DNA of 64,000 bases from Spirochaetia bacterium (GTDB taxonomy: Bacteria; Spirochaetota; Spirochaetia; SZUA-6; Bin103). Made by a program: the position numbers and the translations under genes. The notes under the pieces are model-generated. The model saw only the letters and a program-made list of their open reading frames with translations, was not told where the DNA came from and did no database searches. The DNA lies in the NCBI GenBank assembly GCA_965203515.1, contig OZ241907.1, positions 1,888,001 through 1,952,000 on the forward strand. Direction: 5' to 3'. Below are positions 1 to 6,547 of the stretch, in pieces (position 1 is the stretch's first letter; each line of letters starts with the position of its first letter).

Positions 1-7
1 GCGCTCG

Positions 8-676
8 GTGACCGACCGGGTGAGTAGCGCGCCGCCGGCCGTCCGCTACCGGCGTTCGTACCTGGAGGCGCAGGCTCGGCGCGCGCTGCGCAGCCCGGCG
101 GTGCGCGCGCTGGCGTTGTTGCTGTGGCTGGCGTCGGCGGCCGTGAGCACGGTCCTGCTGGTGCAGGCGGTCAACCATCTGGAGTGGTTGCGCGACTACA
201 CGATGCGGGTGATCGGGGTCTCGTTCGCCGCGGCATTCCGCAACCGGTTCCTGTACGGCTTCGTCCTGCCGTTCGCCGCCGGCGGGCTGTGGCTGGCTGC
301 GCTGATCGTGACGGCCAAGTATTACGAGTCGTACGGCCTGCGCACCGGTTGGTGGGGGCCATGGACGGCGACCACGCCGTTTCGCCGGCTGGCGCCGGGA
401 TCGGGAGCTTCGGTGCTGATCGGCCGCTTCCTGTTCGTGCTGGGCCTGCAGGGCTGCGCCGGAGTCGTCATCCTGACCGCGCAGGCGGCGCTCTGGTCGG
501 TTCCCGCCGGCGGTCTCGGCCGGCTGGTGGTCGTGGCCGGCGTCTACGCGGCGGCCGCCGGCGTTGGCTTCACGGCCGCGCGTCTGGTCCGCGCCCGGAT
601 CGAGCATGCCCTGGCCGTCCGCGACGCCGCGTTCGCCCGCGGCGCCTTCGTCGGCCGGCGGCCGCGGGTCGGGTAG
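8..676 (+). CDS. Hypothetical multi-pass membrane protein
   Basis: 222-aa ORF with several hydrophobic segments; start uncertain near the window edge. Confidence 0.6.
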   Translation: MTDRVSSAPPAVRYRRSYLEAQARRALRSPAVRALALLLWLASAAVSTVLLVQAVNHLEWLRDYTMRVIGVSFAAAFRNRFLYGFVLPFAAGGLWLAALIVTAKYYESYGLRTGWWGPWTATTPFRRLAPGSGASVLIGRFLFVLGLQGCAGVVILTAQAALWSVPAGGLGRLVVVAGVYAAAAGVGFTAARLVRARIEHALAVRDAAFARGAFVGRRPRVG

Positions 677-1080
677 AGAGTCTTCGGACTTGGTTGACGG
701 CGACGGAGTAAGGACGTAAAGACTCATCAGGGTAACTCATGTCCCCCGAACTCATCGCCATCATCGCCGCAGCCGTCAGCATCGGCGGTCTCGTCACCGT
801 CCAGATCAGGGCCGTGCGCGCCGATCTCGCAGCGCAAGTCGCCGGCGTGCGCGCCGATCTCGCGACGCAAGTCGCGGGTGTGCGCACCGATCTCGCGGCG
901 GTCAACGCCAGCGTCCAGGCTCTCGACGGCCGCGTGCGGGCCGTCGAAAACGAGCTCGCCTACCTGCGCGGCCTCCTGCAGGGCGCCGGCGTCGGGCCAA
1001 TCCGGCAGCCGCAACAGCCGGAACCGCCGGCAGCCGACGAAGGGGCCGCCGCATGAGCGTGGAGGACTGGGTTCGACGGT
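637..1080 (+). repeat. Direct repeat copy A (3' end of upstream gene + intergenic + small coiled-coil gene); copy B at 1652-2029
   Basis: Both copies start ccgcggcgccttc, share ttcggac..ggttgacgg and atgtcccccgaactcatcgccatcatcgccgc, and end gcatgagcgtggaggactgg. Confidence 0.9.
739..1056 (+). CDS. Small protein: N-terminal hydrophobic helix + coiled coil with about three 11-aa repeats
   Basis: MSPELIAIIAAAVSIGGLV then VRADLAAQVAG-type units (33-bp repeats at 814, 847, 880); paralog at 1766. Confidence 0.8.
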   Translation: MSPELIAIIAAAVSIGGLVTVQIRAVRADLAAQVAGVRADLATQVAGVRTDLAAVNASVQALDGRVRAVENELAYLRGLLQGAGVGPIRQPQQPEPPAADEGAAA

Positions 1081-1129
1081 CAGATCACTGAATATGCTGC
1101 CTTGATCTTGATCTTGATCTGATATCTGA

Positions 1130-1642
1130 TCATCGGTTTCCGCTTTCGGCAGTGAGGCTGAACGGGACCGGCGCCTGACGATCCTCGCCGAGGCGGCCGA
1201 GTCTGGCGCCTGCGTGGCGGTGGCGGTGATGCGCGGCGCACAGCAGCCGGAGATTGTTCGGCTCGGCGGCGCCGCCGCGGGCGTACGGCACGACGTGGTC
1301 GATCTGCAGCAGGTGTTGCGAGCCGCAACGGCGCCCGCTGGTGCGATCCACGTAGCTGCAGCGGCCCCGGTCGCGCCGCCAGACCGCGCGCTTGACCGCC
1401 GCCGGGATGGCGCGGCCGGTCCCGCCGCCCACCTTCGCTGCCGAAGTTTCGGTCCGCGGCGGCGCCGCCGTCCGCTTCGCGCACGCCGCAGCCGGCCGGC
1501 CGAGGCGCCGCAGTGGTGCCGCCCGCCGGCTTCGCTGCCGAAGTGTCCGGGCGGTCCGGGACGCGGTCCGCCTTCAGCGGCGCAACGTCTTCGCCTCCCG
1601 GCTGCGCCGCCGCCTGAGCCGATACCTTCGCCGCCGAAGGAG
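1130..1642 (-). pseudogene. 5'-truncated, frameshifted copy of the HNH endonuclease gene at 54663-55991
   Basis: GRAIPAAVKRAVWRRDRGRC..QIDHVVPYARGGAAEPNNLRLLCAAHH nearly matches the intact copy; homology begins near 1642; a 14-bp deletion near 1511 shifts the frame. Confidence 0.85.
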
Positions 1643-1651
1643 TCCCATGGG

Positions 1652-2029
1652 CCGCGGCGCCTTCATTGGCCGGCCGCCCGCGGGTCGGGTAGACCTTTGC
1701 CGGCGGCGAGCCTTCGGACCCGGTTGACGGACGATGCAGTAAAGACGTAGAGACTCAGTTAACCGATGTCCCCCGAACTCATCGCCATCATCGCCGCCAC
1801 CGTCACCCTTGGCGGCCTCGTCACCGTCCAGTTTGCCGGCGTTCGTGCCAGCATCTCCGCTCTCGACGGCCGCTTGCGGGCCGTCGAGACCGAGCTCGCC
1901 TATCTGCGCGGGCTCATGCAGGGCGCCGGCGTCGGGCCAATCCGGCAGCCAGAACAACCGCAACAACCGGAACCGCCGGCAGTCGACGAAGGGGCCGCAG
2001 CATGAGCGTGGAGGACTGGATGCGACGAT
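1652..2029 (+). repeat. Direct repeat copy B of 637-1080
   Basis: Same flanking motifs as copy A; lacks the 33-bp internal repeats. Confidence 0.9.
1766..2005 (+). CDS. Small helix + coiled-coil protein, short paralog of 739-1056
   Basis: MSPELIAIIAATVTLGGLVTVQ...LDGRLRAVETELAYLRGLMQGAGVGPIRQP. Confidence 0.8.
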   Translation: MSPELIAIIAATVTLGGLVTVQFAGVRASISALDGRLRAVETELAYLRGLMQGAGVGPIRQPEQPQQPEPPAVDEGAAA

Positions 2030-2071
2030 ATGAGGGGGGCGCGTTGAAGAGTCTCGTGGCGAGATAGCGGC

Positions 2072-3121
2072 ATGGAAGGGGAAGGGCTCAAGGGCTACTA
2101 TCGCCGGCTGCGCGCGGGTACGGACGAGGAGCGGCGCAAGGTCGTGGTGTTGCTGTTCGCGGTGGTCGCCCTGGCGGCGTTCATCGGCGTGTCGATCAGC
2201 TCGCTCAGCGGCTTGAGCGCCGACGACGGCGGCACGGTGCGGATGCTGCTGGTGCCGCGGCTCGGCCCCGCGGCGTCGGAGGTCGGCGGCTTCATCCTGC
2301 TCGGCTTGGCCGTGGTCGCCGGCGGCCTCACCTTCGCCTACCTGCAGGAGCGCATCCGCCGCCAGGCAGAGGCGGAGCGCGGCCTGCAGCGCTTCCGCAT
2401 CCCGCGGGCGGTCGTCATGTTCGTCACCGCTCCGCTGGTGGTGGCCGCGCTGTTCGTGGTGTTCCTGTCGATCGTCAGCCAGAGTCGGCAGGACAGTCTG
2501 AGCTACGCGGAGCGGCTCACCGCCGAGCTGGAAGAGGTCGACCGGCAGGCCGAGCGCGGCGAGCTGCCGTCGATCGAGGAGATCGAACGCCGGCAGCTCG
2601 CGCGGCAGCGCCGGCCGTTCTTTCTGCTCGGGGCGATCGTCGCGCTGTTCGCGGCGGTGGCGATCTTCGGGGGACGGCTGCTGCGCGAAGCGCCCGAGGC
2701 GCTCGACGACTCGTCGCCGATCACCGAGGAGCTGAAACGCGATCTGGCGCGCGCTACGGGGCTCGCCATCGACGACATCGCCGCCGAACCGGACCACCGG
2801 CGCGCGGTCGAGATGTGCTATGCCCGCGTGGGGGAGGTGCTCGACGTTCACGGGTTCCCGCACCCGCTGCACCAGACGCCGATGGAGTACATGCACGGCG
2901 TGCTGGATGCCGGTCCCGGGCTACCGGCCCGCGAGCTGTTGGAGCTTACCGGGCTGTTCGAGGTGGCGAAGTTCTCCACGCACCACATCGATCCCGACCG
3001 GCGCGACCACGCGGTCGACCTGCTGCGCTCGATCCATCGCTTCCTGCTCGCCCAGCTCGCCGAGACGGAAGGCGAGGCGGCGCCGTCGCGCGCGGGGGCG
3101 CCGTCCCGGCATGGCGGCTGA
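2072..3121 (+). CDS. Membrane protein with C-terminal DUF4129-like domain
   Basis: Four hydrophobic segments, then RRAVEMCYARV..QTPMEY..LTGLFEVAKFSTH. Confidence 0.7.
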   Translation: MEGEGLKGYYRRLRAGTDEERRKVVVLLFAVVALAAFIGVSISSLSGLSADDGGTVRMLLVPRLGPAASEVGGFILLGLAVVAGGLTFAYLQERIRRQAEAERGLQRFRIPRAVVMFVTAPLVVAALFVVFLSIVSQSRQDSLSYAERLTAELEEVDRQAERGELPSIEEIERRQLARQRRPFFLLGAIVALFAAVAIFGGRLLREAPEALDDSSPITEELKRDLARATGLAIDDIAAEPDHRRAVEMCYARVGEVLDVHGFPHPLHQTPMEYMHGVLDAGPGLPARELLELTGLFEVAKFSTHHIDPDRRDHAVDLLRSIHRFLLAQLAETEGEAAPSRAGAPSRHGG

Positions 3122-4682
3122 ACCGCAGGCCGCGGCGGCGGCGCCGGATTACGCCCAGGGCGAGGCGGCGGCGATCGCCCGCGATCTGTCCACGCAGGAG
3201 TGGGTGCCGTTCATCGACTGGTCGCAGACCTTCCCCGGCAACCGCGGCGTCGACCGCCGCGGCCGCTACGAGCTGTACGACGCGCCGGTCGGCGTGCGCA
3301 TTCGCATCGAGGAAGCGGACAAGAGCGATCCGGTGCTCACCGCCAACGACCGCTGGGAAGGGGAGGGCAACATGGTGCCGCTGCGGGTCTGGCAGGACGG
3401 TGGCGCCTACCGGATGCTCTACGGCGCCTACCCGCATCGCCGCGACAACCGGAGCCCCGGTCTGGGCGGCGGCCACCACCTGTGCTATGCGGAGAGCCGC
3501 GACGGCTACCGCTGGGAGCGACCGGCGCTGGGACAGGTCGAGTGGCAGGGCTCGCGCGCCAACAACATCATCGCCGACGCCCCCACCGGCACGCCGTTCG
3601 AGGACCCGCAGGGTACGCCGGAGGAGCGCTTCAAGGCGATCGGTCAGGTAGGCGCCAGCTTCGATCCCGACACCGGCCAGGAGCTCGACGTGGCGGAGGC
3701 GTACCGCCGCTGGCGGCGGCAGGAGTACGAGGGGAGCGCCTACGACGGCCCGCGCGCCGAGTCCCGACACTGGGTGGAGGGATGGACCTCGCCCGACGGG
3801 GTGACGTGGCGGTCGGTGGGCCGCGTCGGCGACATGAGTTCCGACGGCGGCAGCGCCGCGCAGTACGACCCGGAGAGCGGCGGCTACTACGCCTACATCC
3901 GCGTCGGCGGCGCGGGCCGGCGCGCCACCGGGTTGACCCGCACCGACGACTTCTGGCGCTGGCCCCCGGCCTCCCTGGTCCTGGCGCCCGACCCGCAGGA
4001 CGATCCCGACCTCTCCTTCTACGGCTGCTCCTACTTCCGCTATCCCGGCAACCCGGAGCTGCACTGCGCGTTCGTGGAGACCTACCATCAGATCGGCGAC
4101 TACAACGACGCGCAGATCGCCTTCAGCCGCGACATGACCCACTGGTTCCGGCCGGACCGCCGCTCGATCATTCCGTGCGGGCCGCCCGGCAGCCCCGATT
4201 CCGGCGGCGCGCGGCCGTGGGGCGGACTGATCGTGCTGCCCGACGGCCGCTGGGCGACCATGTACCGCGGTCACGTCGGCCTGCACAACTACCGCGCGGC
4301 GGAGCCCGCCATCCCGCATCGCCCCGGCGTGCTGCAGCTCGCCCGCTGGCTGCCGCACCGCTTCTGCGGCGTGGAGGCCGCGATGGAGGGCCGGTTCACC
4401 ATTCCCACGGTCCGGCGCAGCCGCGGCGCGTTGCGCCTCAACTACCGCTGCCGGCCCGGCGGCCACGTGGTGGCGGAGTTGATCGAGGGGGTGCCGTCGC
4501 GCATCCATCCGGACGCCGACCCGATCCCCGGCTACCGCTTCGCGGACTGCGATCCGTTGAGCGGCGATCACCTCGACCGGGCGGTGTCATGGCGCGGCAG
4601 CACCGACCTGAACGCCGCCGGCGACCGCATCGCGGTGCGGCTGCGGATGTTCCAGGCCAAGGTCTTCGCGTACTCGGTCTGA
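3111..4682 (+). CDS. Hypothetical protein, probable beta-propeller glycoside-hydrolase-like fold
   Basis: ATG 3111 overlaps the upstream gene; Asp-box-like motifs YAESRDGYRW, WTSPDGVTW, FSRDMTHW. Confidence 0.65.
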   Translation: MAAEPQAAAAAPDYAQGEAAAIARDLSTQEWVPFIDWSQTFPGNRGVDRRGRYELYDAPVGVRIRIEEADKSDPVLTANDRWEGEGNMVPLRVWQDGGAYRMLYGAYPHRRDNRSPGLGGGHHLCYAESRDGYRWERPALGQVEWQGSRANNIIADAPTGTPFEDPQGTPEERFKAIGQVGASFDPDTGQELDVAEAYRRWRRQEYEGSAYDGPRAESRHWVEGWTSPDGVTWRSVGRVGDMSSDGGSAAQYDPESGGYYAYIRVGGAGRRATGLTRTDDFWRWPPASLVLAPDPQDDPDLSFYGCSYFRYPGNPELHCAFVETYHQIGDYNDAQIAFSRDMTHWFRPDRRSIIPCGPPGSPDSGGARPWGGLIVLPDGRWATMYRGHVGLHNYRAAEPAIPHRPGVLQLARWLPHRFCGVEAAMEGRFTIPTVRRSRGALRLNYRCRPGGHVVAELIEGVPSRIHPDADPIPGYRFADCDPLSGDHLDRAVSWRGSTDLNAAGDRIAVRLRMFQAKVFAYSV

Positions 4683-4874
4683 CCGCGCCGTATCCCGGAT
4701 CTCGGCTCCGGACGGGAAGCCGCCCGATGACGGCGATGCGGCACTTGCACACCGCTTGCCGGATGTGGTATGGGTTCTTGACGCTGGCGATTCGCAGCTG
4801 CTTCCGTCTGACGTCACCGAGGTAGAATCAGTCCCCCCCTCCCAAACCCCGTGCCGTTCCCGTAATCGATTTGA

Positions 4875-4978
4875 TCGGCGGCGATCTCCCGGTAGCGGCT
4901 TCCGGTCGGGGCGGCGGTGCAAGCCCTGCCCTCCGGCCAGTAGACCTCCACTCGGTCGGCGCGGGCGGCGTTGCCGAG
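4875..4978 (+). repeat. Displaced copy of the 3' end of the 6548-9451 gene (matches 6555-6715 with a 57-bp internal deletion)
   Basis: tcggcggcgatctcccgg..aagccctgccctcc|ggccagtagacctccac..ttgccgag; 5 mismatches by eye. Confidence 0.9.
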
Positions 4979-5022
4979 AAGTCTTGGCAGGAGCCGCTAC
5001 ACGTGCTATCTTCCATTTACCA

Positions 5023-6486
5023 ATGGGACACACGTGGGACTTCATCCGTGACTATGAGACGGAGCCGGCTCAGCTCGCCCAAGGGCACCTGAAACATCTG
5101 GCTGATGTATGGCAGGAACAACGCCAGCGGCTGGAGAAGCAGGATGCATTCATCCAGTTCAATCAGAGATTGCTTCGAGAGTGGTCCATAGAAACCGGTC
5201 TGATCGAGCGTCTGTACGTGCTCGACCGCGGCGTCACACAACTGCTGATCGACCGAGGAATAGATGCGGCTCTGATCCCGCACGGAGACGGCCAGCATCC
5301 GGCGTCGGTGGCCGCCATGATCAAAGATCACCAGGCGGCGGTAGAGGGCGTCTTCAGATTCGTGAAGAATGAGCGGCCGCTTTCCACGAGCTACGTCAAG
5401 GAGATGCACGCTGTCATCACCCGCAACCAGCAAGGGACGGACGCGGTAGATGCCCAGGGCCGGATATCCCAAGTCCCTTTGATTCACGGCGACTACAAGA
5501 AATGGCCCAATAATCCCAGCCGGCCCGACGGCTCCGTTCATCATTATTGTCCACCTGAGCACGTTGCGGCCGAAATGGATCGGCTCATCGAACTACACTG
5601 CAGCCATGTGAACACTGCGCCCGAAGTCGAAGCTGCGTGGCTGCATCATCGATTCGCACAGATCCACCCGTTTCAGGACGGCAACGGTCGTGTCGCCCGC
5701 GCGCTCGCCACCTTGATCTTCGTAAAGTCCGGGTGGTTCCCTTTGGTGGTACGGAACAAAGACCGTGAACGGTACGTGGATGCCCTGGAGTCAGCCGATA
5801 ACGGCGATCTTGGCGAACTGGTCCGGTATTTTGCCAGCCTGCAGCAGGACGAGTTCGTCAATGCTCTCACCATCGCTCGGGACGTTCTGCGATCCGTCCG
5901 TGCGGAGCAAGCGATCGAAGCCGTGCGCCGCCAGTTGCAACGACGCCGCGACTCCATGGTGAAGGAGTGGGGAAAAGCCCGCACCGCCGCGGGAGAACTC
6001 CGCGAGACCGCCCAGAACCGTTTGCAGGAGGTATGCGACGGACTGCAACGAGAAATGCAGTCTCTGCTCGGGAACGCTGCCTTCTTCGTGGATGGCGATA
6101 CCGACCACGGAGAGAAGAGTCACTACTTCGGCCGGCAGATCGTAGAGGCTGCAAAGCAGATTGGCTACTATGCCAACCGTGAGACCTACCGATCATGGGC
6201 AAGATTGGTGATGGAGAACGGGGACGCCACCGACCGCACGGAACTCCTGGTCTCCTTTCATGGTCTTGGTTGGGAATTCCAGGGCGTCCTCGCCTGTTCG
6301 GCGGTCTGCTTTCAGCGCAGTGAAACCGATGGTGGAGAACGTCAACTCACCGCCGGCGAACCGGTGTCGGACGGGATGTTTCAGATAAACTACAAGGAAC
6401 CGATCGAAGAGGCCAGAAGGCGATTCCTCGTCTGGTTGGAACCTGGCATAGTCCGCGCAGTGGAGATCTGGCAAGAGACGCTGTGA
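5023..6486 (+). CDS. Fic-family protein
   Basis: Fic motif HPFQDGNGRVAR; visibly lower GC; ATG 5023 after extended -10-like TGCTATCTT. Confidence 0.9.
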   Translation: MGHTWDFIRDYETEPAQLAQGHLKHLADVWQEQRQRLEKQDAFIQFNQRLLREWSIETGLIERLYVLDRGVTQLLIDRGIDAALIPHGDGQHPASVAAMIKDHQAAVEGVFRFVKNERPLSTSYVKEMHAVITRNQQGTDAVDAQGRISQVPLIHGDYKKWPNNPSRPDGSVHHYCPPEHVAAEMDRLIELHCSHVNTAPEVEAAWLHHRFAQIHPFQDGNGRVARALATLIFVKSGWFPLVVRNKDRERYVDALESADNGDLGELVRYFASLQQDEFVNALTIARDVLRSVRAEQAIEAVRRQLQRRRDSMVKEWGKARTAAGELRETAQNRLQEVCDGLQREMQSLLGNAAFFVDGDTDHGEKSHYFGRQIVEAAKQIGYYANRETYRSWARLVMENGDATDRTELLVSFHGLGWEFQGVLACSAVCFQRSETDGGERQLTAGEPVSDGMFQINYKEPIEEARRRFLVWLEPGIVRAVEIWQETL

Positions 6487-6547
6487 CCGCTGCCAGCGGC
6501 CTTTTGTCGCCGTGATCGCGGCCGGCCGGGCGACGGCTCCGGGACGA

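Noticed and set aside
637..2029. Diversity-generating retroelement TR/VR pair
   Set aside because: Differences include indels and are not confined to adenines; no reverse transcriptase in the window
4756..5022. N-terminal extension of the Fic ORF in the ORF track
   Set aside because: It runs through the displaced antisense copy of the neighbouring gene end; ATG 5023 is the more plausible start
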